From contig CANGDR010000001.1 of assembly GCA_947452765.1 (NCBI GenBank), positions 194,657 through 258,656 on the forward strand: 64,000 bases of DNA. The letters run 5' to 3'. The notes below the pieces were generated by a model. That model did not search any database, was not told the origin of the DNA, and saw only the letters and a list, made by a program, of their open reading frames with translations. A program made the translations under genes and the position numbers. Source of the stretch: Actinomycetota bacterium (GTDB taxonomy: Bacteria > Actinomycetota > Actinomycetes > S36-B12 > UBA5976). Shown piece after piece: positions 1 through 10,581 of the stretch (position 1 is the stretch's first letter; each line of letters starts with the position of its first letter).

Positions 1-1215
1 CATTGGATCAGCGCTGGTAATTTCAATCCGGCCGCGAGCGTCCGAATACATTGGCCCGACGTGGACTTGGTAGCCATGACCGTGCTCAATTCCAGTGCCG
101 TCATAGCGAACTGCAATTGGCAAGAAGTGGTACATCAAGTTTGGATATTTAACCTTGTCATTCGAGCAGGCAAACCCACCACCCTCGAAGTGGTTTGTAG
201 CACCTGGCCCCTTGCGAGCAAATAGCCAAGCAGCGCCAATGAAAGGTCGCTTCCACAGCTTTAGATTTGGGTTCATGGTGATTGGAAGTTTGCAGGCGTG
301 CTGAATGTAAACCTCGAGGTGATCCTGCAAGTTCTGACCAACACCAGGTAGATCCTTGATAACTGGAATGCCATGTCGCTTCAATAACTCGGCTGGTCCG
401 ATTCCGGAAAGTTGCAGGACTTGTGGGGTATTAATTGCGCCACCACAAAGTACAACATTCTTCGCGCGATATTCTGTAATCGTTTTTCCGCGTTGGGCGA
501 TCACACCAACTGCTTTGTCGCCTTCAAAAATAACTCGATGCACTTGGTGGCGAGTCTGGATTGTTAAATTCTTGCGGTGCATGACCGGGTGCAAGTATGC
601 ACGTGCGGAAGACCAGCGTCGGCCCTTCTTTACGTTTTTGTCGAATGGCCCAAAACCTTCTTGGCTAAATCCGTTAACGTCATCAGTTCGCTTAAAGCCG
701 GCAGCCACAGCAGCGTCAAAGAATGCCGTGAAAAGCGGATTTTTTGCGGGACCTTTTTCTAAGTAAAGCGGACCACTGTGACCGCGGTAAATATTGTCAT
801 TTGGAACGCCAGTAGCATTTTCCATTTTCTTGAAGTATGGCAAGCAATGTGCAAAGTCCCAATTCTCCATACCTTTGTCAGCAGCCCAGCGTTCGTAGTC
901 CATGGGATTTCCGCGCTGGAAAATCATGCCATTAATAGAACCGGAACCGCCAAGCACTTTGCCGCGACCTTGATACACCTGGCGGCCATTCATGTGTGGC
1001 TCAGGATCGGTCTGATAGATCCAGTCGTAAAACTTATTACCGATTGGGAAAGTTAGGGCAGCTGGCATGTGAATGTAGACATCCCACCAGGAGTCTTTGC
1101 GCCCCGCTTCCAGAACTAATACTTCGTTAGCTGGGTTTTCGGATAGCCGATTACCTAGTACTGATCCGGCCGAGCCACCACCAATGATTAGGTAGTCATA
1201 TTCCTTAACACTCAC
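1..1215 (-). CDS. betA: Choline dehydrogenase / GMC-family oxidoreductase, partial (C-terminus lies beyond the window start)
   Basis: The minus-strand frame is open from GTG at 1215 to the window edge. My translation starts [26 protein letters not shown] (FAD GxGxxG fold), then GGSGSINGM and [18 protein letters not shown], typical of BetA/GMC enzymes. It is absent from the ORF track only because it runs off the edge. The start shares 1 nt with the folD stop. Confidence 0.85.
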   Translation of the reverse strand, partial: MSVKEYDYLIIGGGSAGSVLGNRLSENPANEVLVLEAGRKDSWWDVYIHMPAALTFPIGNKFYDWIYQTDPEPHMNGRQVYQGRGKVLGGSGSINGMIFQRGNPMDYERWAADKGMENWDFAHCLPYFKKMENATGVPNDNIYRGHSGPLYLEKGPAKNPLFTAFFDAAVAAGFKRTDDVNGFSQEGFGPFDKNVKKGRRWSSARAYLHPVMHRKNLTIQTRHQVHRVIFEGDKAVGVIAQRGKTITEYRAKNVVLCGGAINTPQVLQLSGIGPAELLKRHGIPVIKDLPGVGQNLQDHLEVYIQHACKLPITMNPNLKLWKRPFIGAAWLFARKGPGATNHFEGGGFACSNDKVKYPNLMYHFLPIAVRYDGTGIEHGHGYQVHVGPMYSDARGRIEITSADPM

Positions 1216-2063
1216 TAGAGATTTCCTTCAGCTGTGTCGACCACATTAGCTAGCAACATCGCACGAGTCATCGGTCCTGTGCCACCTGGCATCGGTGCAA
1301 TCCAGCCCGCAACTTGCGCACATGATGGATCTATATCACCTAGTAAACCGGCATCGGTCCGTGTTATGCCAACATCAACAAGTGCCGCACCGGCTTTGAT
1401 CATGTCTGGCTTGATGAAATGTGGAACTCCTGCTGCAGCAACAACTATGTCAGCACGTTTTATGTGGGCTGCCATGTCTTTAGTGCCGGTATGACACAAG
1501 GTGACAGTGGCATTTTCAGTACGCCGAGTCAGGAGTAAGCCAAGTGGTCGTCCGACTGTTACGCCACGACCGACTATGCAAACCTCAGCACCATCAAGGG
1601 GTACACCGTAGGCACGAAGAAGTTCAACGATGCCTCGCGGAGTACATGGCAGGGGAGCAGGCTCACCAAGAACTAATCGACCCAAGTTAGTTGGATGCAA
1701 ACCATCCGCATCTTTTCGTGGATCAATTGCTTCCAATGCTGCGTTGGCATCTAGACCCTTTGGCAATGGAAGTTGCACAATGTATCCAGTACAAGCTGGA
1801 TCTGCATTTAATCGAGCGATTGCAGCAAGTACATCCTGCTGACTAGCAGTTGCCGGAAGATCTTCCCGAACGGATGTAATACCGACTTCGTGGCAATCTT
1901 TGTGCTTTCCGCCAACGTAGGAGTGGGATCCTGGATCATCGCCAACCAGAATTGTGCCCAGTCCTGGGTAAATCCCTTTTGCGTTAAGCGCAGTCACGCG
2001 AGTCGCTAAATCACTCTTAACTTTTGCAGCTGTTGCGACTCCATCAAGAATTACGGCAGACAT
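1215..2063 (-). CDS. folD: Bifunctional methylene-THF dehydrogenase / methenyl-THF cyclohydrolase
   Basis: ORF 1215..2072 has FolD-like sequence ([29 protein letters not shown]). I prefer the ATG at 2063 (GGAAGTGGGA lies upstream) over the GTG at 2072. Confidence 0.9.
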   Translation of the reverse strand: MSAVILDGVATAAKVKSDLATRVTALNAKGIYPGLGTILVGDDPGSHSYVGGKHKDCHEVGITSVREDLPATASQQDVLAAIARLNADPACTGYIVQLPLPKGLDANAALEAIDPRKDADGLHPTNLGRLVLGEPAPLPCTPRGIVELLRAYGVPLDGAEVCIVGRGVTVGRPLGLLLTRRTENATVTLCHTGTKDMAAHIKRADIVVAAAGVPHFIKPDMIKAGAALVDVGITRTDAGLLGDIDPSCAQVAGWIAPMPGGTGPMTRAMLLANVVDTAEGNL

Positions 2064-2086
2064 TATTCCCACTTCCGAGTAAGTAT

Positions 2087-2692
2087 TTACAGGTATTCAA
2101 CAGTTGAATCAGTTAGTACATCCCACAAATGCTGGGCAAACGATGAGCGCACAAAAATCAAGTAGCAATTTTCGCAGCAGTGCCAAAGAATGACTGGTGA
2201 TTTTGCCATCAAGCCTTGAGTGCAAGCGTCGATTGGAAACGTAGAGTCACGTAAATCCTGTTCCCACACATGTCCCAGAATTTCTTTGACTTTTGGTCCA
2301 TAGATTTCTATTTTTGTACGCTGGGCACTTACATCAACTACTGAAATGTGATGCGAATCTTGCACGGGCTTAAGAAGCGATGAAATATCAGCAGTGCCGG
2401 TTAAGAACCACCAATCTGGACCTAAGCAAAGCGCACTAATTCCATTCGCACTTGGCTCTTGGCCTTGACTGACTATGCAATCTGCATCTTTGCGAACAAC
2501 TGAACCAACTTTTGGATTCAAGGTCAACCCAAGTGCCTGGTTTACGGCTGCAAATCCTGGTGAAGCTGGATCTACTCGTAAATCAATTCCAGGAGTAAAT
2601 GGAACTTCGGAAATGTAGATGTTTTTATCTAACCCACCATGAACTGCGCCACCAAGTGGGCTAGTTGCTATGGCGCTATTTACCTTAACCAT
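2087..2692 (-). CDS. soxG: Sarcosine oxidase gamma subunit
   Basis: A ~200 aa ORF sits directly after soxA, the usual SoxG position in soxBDAG operons. The start is taken at ATG 2692, which overlaps the soxA stop by 8 nt. The longer ORF-track start at 2719 lies inside soxA. Confidence 0.75.
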   Translation of the reverse strand: MVKVNSAIATSPLGGAVHGGLDKNIYISEVPFTPGIDLRVDPASPGFAAVNQALGLTLNPKVGSVVRKDADCIVSQGQEPSANGISALCLGPDWWFLTGTADISSLLKPVQDSHHISVVDVSAQRTKIEIYGPKVKEILGHVWEQDLRDSTFPIDACTQGLMAKSPVILWHCCENCYLIFVRSSFAQHLWDVLTDSTVEYL

Positions 2693-5354
2693 CGCGACGC
2701 ACGTTCTCCTTATCAACAAATATTGGTTCAGTTATTACTGCAGTCTCAGTTCCAATTGCAACTCGCTCACCAATTCGAGCCCGGCCATTGTGAACAAGCG
2801 CCATTGCAAATGAGCGATTAAGTTCCCCAGAGAAATATGAACTAGTTACATATCCAATGTGAGGAATCGGTGGTTTGGCGCCCTTGTGCTGCTCCTCCGA
2901 AAAGTAAGCACCTTCTGGAATCACGTACTCGGATGTATCTGGCAACAAGCCAACTAATTGGTGGCGATCTGGGCGACTGGTATCAGAACGACTAAATGAT
3001 CGCTTTCCGATAAAGTCCTTCTTTTTCGAGACAATCCAATCCATACCCAAGTCATCTGGAGTTTGGGTGCCATCGGTTTCCTGGCCAACGATTACGAAAC
3101 CTTTCTCGGCACGAAGTACGTGTAGAGATTCCGTTCCGTAAGGTGTGACATCCAGCGGAGCACCTAATTCCATAACCTTGTTCCATAGCTCCAGGCCATA
3201 CCAAGCTGAAACATTTATTTCGTAGGCAAGTTCGCCGGAGAAGGAAATTCGAGCAATGCGAGCTGGAATTCCAGCAACATCCGCGTATTTGTTTTCCATG
3301 AAGGCGAAACCTTCTTTAGAAACATCCAGGCCAGGGGATAGCATCGCCAACAAATCACGACTCTTGGGTCCAACAATTGCAACCGTGGCGATTTGTTCCG
3401 TCACTGATGTGCAAAATACTTCCAAGTGTGGCCATTCAGTTTGTAGCCATTCTTCGAGCCAGTCCATAACTTTGGCAGCGCCACCAGTGGTGGTAGTCAT
3501 TAACCAGTGATTTTCACCGAGCCTTGTCGTCACGCCATCGTCAAAGACCATGCCATCGACACCACACATTAGGCCGTACCTGCTCATGCCGACTTTAAGA
3601 GTCGAGAACATGTTGGTGTAAATCTGATCTAGGAATTCACCCGCATCTTTACCTTGGATGTCGATCTTTCCCAAAGTGCTGGCGTCCATAACTGCTACGC
3701 CATTACGTGCAGCACGGCATTCTCGTAAGACTGCAGCATGCAAATCTTCGCCCGGCTTTGGGAAAAACCAAGGACGCTTCCATTGACCAACATCTTCCAT
3801 CGGGGCACCCGCCGCAACGTGCCATGGATGAATTGAGGTCGTGCGAATTGGCTCAGTGTGTAATCCACGCTCCCGGCCTGCCAACGCTGCAAACGGAACT
3901 GCAATGTAAGGCGGGCGGAACGTCAGTGAGCCAATTTCATCAGGCGCTAAGCCAACTAGATTGCCGATAAGTCCCATAGTTAAAGTTCCGCTAGTTTTAC
4001 CCTGATCATGCGCGGTACCAATTGCGGTGTATCGCTTTACATGCTCAATGCTGACCATGCCAGCACCAACTGCACGGCGTAAATCACGTAAGGTGGCATC
4101 GCGCTGATGATCAACAAAAGCGACTAACGCCTGAGTTTCATCAAGTTCTGGACCAAAGTAGACGGCTGGTTCAAGTCCAACAAAGTCACCTGCCAGCATG
4201 CCGACCGTGCTGATGCTCTTAACTTTTGAACGCACGATAAAGGCTGCTCGCTTATTACTCCAAGTTGGTTTGATGCCGATGTAGGTTGCTAGGTGAACTG
4301 TAGGGGTCCAGCCACCTGAAATTGCAAGCAAGTCAGTGGAAATAGTTTCGTTCAATCCAGACTTTGGATCAGTGACCACGACACTCGAGAGAATTCCTTC
4401 CAAGTTGCCATTGGTGTCAAGGGCAGTCGCGCCCTTGAGGATTCGAATTCCGAGTTTTTCCGCAGGTTTGCGAGCTGATTTACTGCTGGCTTTCGACAAC
4501 TTCTTACGGATGTCAATGATGGCAAGAACTCTAACGCCTGATTTGTGCAACCGAATTGCATCGGTATAGCCCTGGTTATCTACTGTTACAACGACTGCAG
4601 TCTTGAATTTCGATACGCCCCGTTCGACATAAGTCGCGGCAGTATGCGAAAGCATAATTCCGGGACGATCGTTATTTGCAAATACAAGTGGTCGCTGGAA
4701 CGCACCTGTGGCAAGCACAGTGTGTTTAGCGCGAACATGCCAAGTACGAATTCTGGCAACATCAGTTGATACTTTACTGCTGACGTGATCAGTTCTACGC
4801 TCTACCGCTACTGCATATCCTTGGTCATAAGTTCCAATTACCGTGGTGCGCTGTAAGTGGGTGACATTTTCCAGCGCGAGACTAGCAAGCAACTCGGGTG
4901 GTATCACTTCACCACACTGCTTGGCATGTCCACCAACTTCAGGCTGGTCATCCATGATGATTACGGTCTTGCCCTTGTCGGCATACTTTTTAGCTTCAGT
5001 GAGCCCAGCTAGGCCTGCTCCCACAACTAAGACATCCGCATGGCGGTAAGCCCGGTCATATCGGGAAATGTCTCGAGTGTCTGGCAAGTCACCAATGCCG
5101 GCAAGACTGCGAGCAACCAACCCCTCAGTAATTTCAACTGTGGTTGCAGGAACCATAGGTTCGCCGGCGCCTGAGTCAACATTCACTAATGCATTTGGCT
5201 CATCTACCCAAAGGCTCATGATTCCGCGTGGTCGATCTCGGTAAGTGCTATCAGTGAAATGCAAGACGCCATTTCGCAATAGGGCAGTAGCCAATGAATC
5301 ACCGGCCTGGCCGACGTAATCGACACCGTCAAACTTGAAAGTTACATTACTCAT
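2685..5354 (-). CDS. soxA: Sarcosine oxidase alpha subunit (heterotetrameric type, folate-dependent)
   Basis: The 889 aa protein has an N-terminal 2Fe-2S-like/NAD fold (ADVLVVGAGLAGL) and a C-terminal GcvT-like aminomethyltransferase domain. It has an ATGA overlap with soxD. Confidence 0.9.
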   Translation of the reverse strand: MSNVTFKFDGVDYVGQAGDSLATALLRNGVLHFTDSTYRDRPRGIMSLWVDEPNALVNVDSGAGEPMVPATTVEITEGLVARSLAGIGDLPDTRDISRYDRAYRHADVLVVGAGLAGLTEAKKYADKGKTVIIMDDQPEVGGHAKQCGEVIPPELLASLALENVTHLQRTTVIGTYDQGYAVAVERRTDHVSSKVSTDVARIRTWHVRAKHTVLATGAFQRPLVFANNDRPGIMLSHTAATYVERGVSKFKTAVVVTVDNQGYTDAIRLHKSGVRVLAIIDIRKKLSKASSKSARKPAEKLGIRILKGATALDTNGNLEGILSSVVVTDPKSGLNETISTDLLAISGGWTPTVHLATYIGIKPTWSNKRAAFIVRSKVKSISTVGMLAGDFVGLEPAVYFGPELDETQALVAFVDHQRDATLRDLRRAVGAGMVSIEHVKRYTAIGTAHDQGKTSGTLTMGLIGNLVGLAPDEIGSLTFRPPYIAVPFAALAGRERGLHTEPIRTTSIHPWHVAAGAPMEDVGQWKRPWFFPKPGEDLHAAVLRECRAARNGVAVMDASTLGKIDIQGKDAGEFLDQIYTNMFSTLKVGMSRYGLMCGVDGMVFDDGVTTRLGENHWLMTTTTGGAAKVMDWLEEWLQTEWPHLEVFCTSVTEQIATVAIVGPKSRDLLAMLSPGLDVSKEGFAFMENKYADVAGIPARIARISFSGELAYEINVSAWYGLELWNKVMELGAPLDVTPYGTESLHVLRAEKGFVIVGQETDGTQTPDDLGMDWIVSKKKDFIGKRSFSRSDTSRPDRHQLVGLLPDTSEYVIPEGAYFSEEQHKGAKPPIPHIGYVTSSYFSGELNRSFAMALVHNGRARIGERVAIGTETAVITEPIFVDKENVRRDG

Positions 5355-5629
5355 GCTGGTCTCTTTGGTTGATCGGTAAACGGTTTATAAGTTGGGCCAA
5401 ATTCATGGGTTATGGTGTTTCGCCAAACGTTAAACCAGCGCCGACAGCCAGCAGAATGTACCCAACGTTCGGCATGCCAGCCTTTTGGATTTTCTCTAAT
5501 GAAGACAAACTTCGACCATTCTTCATCAGTAGCACTTGCTGGTTCTGGATAAAAGATATTTGCGCCAGCGCCATAGTGAAATTCAGTTTCATCGCGTGGG
5601 CCACAGTAAGGGCATGGAATATTTAGCAT
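5351..5629 (-). CDS. soxD: Sarcosine oxidase delta subunit
   Basis: The 92 aa protein starts MLNIPCPYCGPRDETEF with a later HSAGCRRW (zinc-ribbon SoxD signature). An AGGAG RBS lies upstream. Confidence 0.9.
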   Translation of the reverse strand: MLNIPCPYCGPRDETEFHYGAGANIFYPEPASATDEEWSKFVFIRENPKGWHAERWVHSAGCRRWFNVWRNTITHEFGPTYKPFTDQPKRPA

Positions 5630-5638
5630 CTCAAACTC

Positions 5639-6880
5639 CTAGTGGGCTACGCCGGCTGCGCCGTGCTCGTCGATTAAGTGACCGGTAACAAATCTTTCAA
5701 GGTTGAAGGCAGCGTTCAGTTCATGTGGCTCACCGGTTGCAATGGTGTGTGCCATCGTCCAGCCTGATGCCGGTGTGGCTTTGAAGCCACCCGTTCCCCA
5801 GCCAGTATTGATAAACAAATTATCAACTGGCGTGCGACCAATAATTGGCGAGGCATCTGGGGAAATATCAACAATTCCACCCCAAGTACGCAGCAAGTGG
5901 GCACGCTCAAAAATCGGGAACAGCTCGATTGCCGCAGCTAGTTGGTGTTCAATTACATGGAAGCCACCACGCTGAGCATATGAATTAAAGGCATCTGTAC
6001 CAGCACCCATAACTAATTCACCTTTATGAGCTTGGCTAACGTAAACGTGCACCATGCCACTCATAATTACCGTGTTGTGAACTTGTTCAAGTAGTTCAGA
6101 AACCAGTGCTTGTAGTGGCCGGCTTTGAATCGGAATGTCGAAACCTGCAAGATTTGCTAACACGCTGGAGTGGCCAGCCGCAACCATGCCAACTTTTTGG
6201 GCAGCAATTGGTCCCAGGTTGGTTTTTACGCCGTGTACTTTACCTTCGCGAATATCAAAGCCGGTTACTTCGCACCCCTGAATGATGTCAACGCCCATGT
6301 CAGCAGCAGCCTTGGCATAACCCCAGGCCACCCAGTCATGCTTTGCAATGCCACCACGTGGTTGGTAAGTAGCGCCTAATACCGGGTAACGAACATCTGG
6401 ATTGATGTTCACAATCGGAGCAATTTCTTTTACTTGCTCTGGAGTTAGCCATTCACTATCGATGTCATTGATTTTGTTTGCATGGTAGTTTCGTGACTTG
6501 GCTCGAAGGTCACTTACGCTATGAGCAAGTGACATTACACCGCGCTGGCTAAAGAACATCTCGTAGCCAACTTCTTCTTCGAGATTCTCCCAAAGCTTTA
6601 ACGAGTGTTCATAAATTCCAGCTGATTCATCCCAAAGATAATTGGAGCGGATCACTGTGGTATTTCGTGCCATGTTTCCGCCAGCGAGCCAACCCTTTTC
6701 GAGAACTGCGATGTTGGTGATGCCGTGGTTCTTAGCTAAGTAGTAAGCAGTTGATAGGCCATGACCGCCGCCACCGATGATGATTACGTCATAAACCTTT
6801 TTAGGAGTAACCCGCGCAGTCCACAAAAAATCAGGATGTTCAGGTAATTCGACAGTACGTCGACGGGTCGTGGTAGCCAT
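5639..6880 (-). CDS. soxB: Sarcosine oxidase beta subunit (FAD)
   Basis: The 413 aa protein has the [19 protein letters not shown] dinucleotide fold. It holds the SoxB position at the head of soxBDAG. Confidence 0.92.
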   Translation of the reverse strand: MATTTRRRTVELPEHPDFLWTARVTPKKVYDVIIIGGGGHGLSTAYYLAKNHGITNIAVLEKGWLAGGNMARNTTVIRSNYLWDESAGIYEHSLKLWENLEEEVGYEMFFSQRGVMSLAHSVSDLRAKSRNYHANKINDIDSEWLTPEQVKEIAPIVNINPDVRYPVLGATYQPRGGIAKHDWVAWGYAKAAADMGVDIIQGCEVTGFDIREGKVHGVKTNLGPIAAQKVGMVAAGHSSVLANLAGFDIPIQSRPLQALVSELLEQVHNTVIMSGMVHVYVSQAHKGELVMGAGTDAFNSYAQRGGFHVIEHQLAAAIELFPIFERAHLLRTWGGIVDISPDASPIIGRTPVDNLFINTGWGTGGFKATPASGWTMAHTIATGEPHELNAAFNLERFVTGHLIDEHGAAGVAH

Positions 6881-6903
6881 GTTCAGAGCCTATCTATTGG
6901 TAA

Positions 6904-9327
6904 TTACGAGCGCAGTCTGGACATTGAGGCATCGAACTGTGGGTCATCGCTGACAACCGCCGAGTACGAGGCGTCAAAGTATTTAACGGAAACTTGAGTA
7001 CCTAATGTGGTGTGTTCAATTGGCAACCAAGCGTAGGCAATTTGCTTTCCAATGGTGTGGCCAAAATACGAGCTAGTCACGTAACCGACTGGGGCACCGT
7101 TTACGAAAACTGGTTCCTTGCCCATAACTACGTGTTCTGGGTTTTCGAAAACTAAGCAAACCAATTTGCGTTTGATCGCAGCCGGATCCAAAGCCTCGAA
7201 CGCCTCTGCTCCGATGTAGCCGCCACCCTTACGAACCGAGAAAGCAAGGCCAGCTTCGTGCGGGTTATGTTCGCTCGTCATGTCAGTTCCATATGAGCGG
7301 TAACCCTTTTCCAGGCGCATGGAATTAAATGCCCCACGACCAGCAGCAATGATTCCGAATTCGTCGCCGGCTTCAAGCAATGTGTCCCAAAGCTTAAGCG
7401 CCATGTCGGCGTCGGTATAAATTTCATAACCCAGTTCGCCGACGTATGACAGGCGCCATAAAGTTGCCGGGACTTGGTCAAGATAAAGTGACTTTGCTTT
7501 GAAGTATCCGAAGGCTTCATTGGATACATCAACTTTGGTAAGTTTCTCAACGACCTTGCGGGCATGAGGTCCAAAAAGTCCCAGCCCGATAGTTCCTGAA
7601 GTTACATCTTTAATGTGAACTGTGTCAGGTGCGGCAGACTTCAACCTAGCAACATCTATTGCACTATTCGCGCCGATCATAAAGTGGTTTTCCGTAAGGC
7701 GAGTGACTGTGACGTCCGAAAGAATTCCGGCATCTTTGGTGAGCATTAAGCAGTACGTGACTGAACCTGGTGCCTTATCCAGTTTTCCAGTGGTCTGTTC
7801 CATAAGGAATTCCAAGGCGCCTTTGCCAGTAACTTCGATTCGCTTAAGTGCAGTGATGTCGAAGAGCCCAACATTTTCGCGAACGTACTGTGCTTCGGCA
7901 CCAATAATTGGTGACCAGTACCGAGCTGACCATTCGTCACGGGCTGGTGTCGGGTACTTAGCGACTAGATCTTTATTTGCTTCGTACCACTGTGGGCGTT
8001 CGTAACCGACTGCTTCCAGGAAGTGAGCGCCAAGTTCTTGTTGGCGGTGGTAGAAGCCAGTCGTACGAAGTGGCCGAGGCTTTTCCATTGGCTGCAATGG
8101 ATGAATGATGTCGTAAACCTCAATGTAGTTTTGGGCACCACGCATTGCGATGTGATTTGGACCAAGTTGGTGTGGTTCAAATCGATTTACATCGCACTCA
8201 TGTACTGCAAGTTTTGGATGTCCATCGATAATCCATTCAGCAGTAGCGCGAGCTACCCCAACGGCCTGCGTAACCCACACAGCTTCGGCAACCCAAAAAC
8301 CCTTAAGTCCATTCCATTCACCCATCAGCGGGAAAGTGTCAACGGTGAATGAGAACATGCCATTCATACCCTCAACGATTTTGGCATCTTTAAGTTCTGG
8401 CATCACCTGTGAAGCAATTCCCATAACTGGTTCCCACTCGGGACCAGTAAATGGCATTTGACTTGGCATAATTTCAGCTTTATCGAATGGCAGAATTTCT
8501 TCAGATTCAACCGGCAATGGTCGGTGTAGGTAAGAACCAATTCCCATTGCGTTAAATCTTTGACGGAAGTAGAGGTCTTCGCCTTGGTGGCGCATGATTG
8601 GGATTGTGATTTCCTCAGTCTGGTCAGCAAGCGAAGGTATGTCGTCAGTCCAAGCGAGTTGATGCGCTAGCGGCTGGAAAGCTTTTGCCATACCAAACAT
8701 GCGACCAACTTTTGGACCCCAGATACCTGCACAAGAAATTACGATTTCAGCTGGGAAGAATCCTTGGTCGGTCATTACGCCAGTGACGCGCCCATCTTCT
8801 TGCTCGATGGAGATTACTTCAGTGCGATCTTTAAAGGTTGCGCCACGTGATTCAGCTAGCCGCTGGAGTGCCTGCACTGAGCGAACTGCCTTTGCGATGC
8901 CGTCGGTAGGGCAGTAGATGGCACCAAGAATCTTGGTTGGATCAAGAACTGGATGTAGTTCGGCAGCGCGCTCCGGAGAAACAACTTCAGCTTCGTAGCC
9001 ATATGAATGTAGCCATGCGGTGCGACGATGCAATTCTTTTAAGCGCTCTGGCGTAGTTGCGATCTCTAGTGATCCAACTTGGTAGAAGCCAGGACCGTCT
9101 TCGTGCTCAACGGTTAAAAGTTTGTTGATAGTTTGGTCGGCCATTGCAGCAAGTGTCTTATTTCCGGTTACTTTTTGCACAAGTCCTGGGGCATGTGATG
9201 TCGAACCACCGGGAGCAGGCATCGGACCTTGTTCAATTACTGTGACGTCATTCCAACCACGTTCGGTCAGTTCATCGGCAAGCGAACTTCCAACTATGCC
9301 GCCACCAATAATCACAATTTTTTTCAC
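6904..9327 (-). CDS. Dimethylglycine oxidase/dehydrogenase (FAD DAO domain fused to GcvT-like folate-binding domain)
   Basis: The protein has the N-terminal VKKIVIIGGGIVGSSLADEL fold and a C-terminal aminomethyltransferase-like domain, the architecture of Arthrobacter-type DMGO. I prefer the GTG at 9327 (GGAAGG 7 nt upstream). The ORF-track ATG at 9372 would add 15 aa with no RBS. Confidence 0.85.
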   Translation of the reverse strand: MKKIVIIGGGIVGSSLADELTERGWNDVTVIEQGPMPAPGGSTSHAPGLVQKVTGNKTLAAMADQTINKLLTVEHEDGPGFYQVGSLEIATTPERLKELHRRTAWLHSYGYEAEVVSPERAAELHPVLDPTKILGAIYCPTDGIAKAVRSVQALQRLAESRGATFKDRTEVISIEQEDGRVTGVMTDQGFFPAEIVISCAGIWGPKVGRMFGMAKAFQPLAHQLAWTDDIPSLADQTEEITIPIMRHQGEDLYFRQRFNAMGIGSYLHRPLPVESEEILPFDKAEIMPSQMPFTGPEWEPVMGIASQVMPELKDAKIVEGMNGMFSFTVDTFPLMGEWNGLKGFWVAEAVWVTQAVGVARATAEWIIDGHPKLAVHECDVNRFEPHQLGPNHIAMRGAQNYIEVYDIIHPLQPMEKPRPLRTTGFYHRQQELGAHFLEAVGYERPQWYEANKDLVAKYPTPARDEWSARYWSPIIGAEAQYVRENVGLFDITALKRIEVTGKGALEFLMEQTTGKLDKAPGSVTYCLMLTKDAGILSDVTVTRLTENHFMIGANSAIDVARLKSAAPDTVHIKDVTSGTIGLGLFGPHARKVVEKLTKVDVSNEAFGYFKAKSLYLDQVPATLWRLSYVGELGYEIYTDADMALKLWDTLLEAGDEFGIIAAGRGAFNSMRLEKGYRSYGTDMTSEHNPHEAGLAFSVRKGGGYIGAEAFEALDPAAIKRKLVCLVFENPEHVVMGKEPVFVNGAPVGYVTSSYFGHTIGKQIAYAWLPIEHTTLGTQVSVKYFDASYSAVVSDDPQFDASMSRLRS

Positions 9328-9477
9328 GAGCGACCTTCCGAGGGGCGAATTCGATAGTTGCGCATAGTGCAACTAAGTGCAAATGACGCAACACTTCAAT
9401 CGTTCCGTTTCTGTGCAAAATCGTCAAGCGATTTAGTCAAATAGTCGGGAACTTGCTCAACTAAAATCCTGCAGTAG

Positions 9478-9514
9478 ACAAAAAGAAACGGCCACCCTCG
9501 CGGGTGACCGTTTC
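9478..9514 (-). terminator. Rho-independent-type terminator after the betaine ABC transporter genes
   Basis: A 13-bp stem GAAACGGCCACCC / GGGTGACCGTTTC (1 mismatch) has a TCGC loop. It is followed by TTTTTGT on the minus strand. Confidence 0.6.
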
Positions 9515-9528
9515 CTATGACGCTGGTG

Positions 9529-10512
9529 TTACTTGGTGCCTTGCAGCCAAGCAGCAACCTTGTCTGGGTTTGCAGCGATCCACTTGTCAGCAGCTGCCTT
9601 TGGATCCATCTTGTTAACTTCGATGTCCTTAGCAACGGCATTCTGATCGTCGTTGGTCCACTTGAAGTTCTTGGCAAGGATCGCAAAGTTTGATCCTGAG
9701 TCCACGAGCTTCTTTGAAGCCACCTTGTTCAGTGGGTACGGTGGGTAATCACAAGCAACCTTGGCTGGATCTGCATCGCAACCATCTGTGTATGCCGGGA
9801 AATTAACCTTAACTAAAGGAACTTCGTTTAGGAACCACTGTGGTTCGTAGAAGTATCCGATAACTGCCTTCTGGTTCGTTTCAGCAGCACGGAATGCTTC
9901 AATTAGCGCTGCCTCAGAACCGAGGAAGCGAACGTTGAAGTTTAGTTTAAGGTTCTTTACGAGAGCCTTTCCGTTAGTGACATAGCTTGGGTCACCTTCG
10001 ATCCAGTCGCCCTTACCTTTTGATTCAGCATTCTTGAAAAGATCTGCGTACTTGTTCAGATTCTTCCAGTCAGTGACATCTGGGTGTGCCTTTGCAAACC
10101 ATGGTGGTACGTAGTATCCAATGATGCCCTGGTTTCCTTGGCTGCCAAGATCAACTGCGACGTTTGCATCCGTGATGTACTTCTTGACTAAATCAGGGTG
10201 TCCCCAGTTTTCAACAACGAGGTCTACTTCGCCGCTCTGGAAGCCCTGCCAGGAAACTTGTTCGTCCAGGTCCTTTTGGTTGATTGTGCAGCCGAGCTTC
10301 TGTCGCGCAACTTCTGCGACAACGCTGGCACTTGCGGTGTAACCAACCCATGGGTTCATGGCAACTGACCATGTGCCACAGTCGGCTAACGCTGCTCCAG
10401 TTGGTGCTGCCGACGTTGCTGCGTTATTAACGCCGCCGCCACATGCACTCAGCATGAGAGCTACAACTGCGGACACGGCTATGCCGAGCCCACGCTTGCT
10501 TACTTTGCTCAT
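9529..10512 (-). CDS. proX: Glycine betaine/proline betaine ABC transporter substrate-binding lipoprotein
   Basis: The OpuAC/ProX-like sequence is rich in the aromatic residues expected of a betaine cage. The start is taken at ATG 10512 with a GGAGGG RBS. The signal peptide carries the lipobox LSAC (MSKVSKRGLGIAVSAVVALMLSACGG). Confidence 0.85.
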   Translation of the reverse strand: MSKVSKRGLGIAVSAVVALMLSACGGGVNNAATSAAPTGAALADCGTWSVAMNPWVGYTASASVVAEVARQKLGCTINQKDLDEQVSWQGFQSGEVDLVVENWGHPDLVKKYITDANVAVDLGSQGNQGIIGYYVPPWFAKAHPDVTDWKNLNKYADLFKNAESKGKGDWIEGDPSYVTNGKALVKNLKLNFNVRFLGSEAALIEAFRAAETNQKAVIGYFYEPQWFLNEVPLVKVNFPAYTDGCDADPAKVACDYPPYPLNKVASKKLVDSGSNFAILAKNFKWTNDDQNAVAKDIEVNKMDPKAAADKWIAANPDKVAAWLQGTK

Positions 10513-10581
10513 CCTTTTTCCCTCCGAGAGAGTGACCATCGACCTGATGATCAATCTGTCTCACTTGCGTGAGGCAGAAAC

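Noticed and set aside
356-1056. Plus-strand ORFs of 136, 61 and 92 aa at the left edge (and many similar 60-160 aa ORFs antisense to large genes throughout the window)
   Set aside because: They lie antisense to, or out of frame within, clearly conserved genes (betA here). They show no motifs and have biased, low-complexity composition typical of shadow ORFs.
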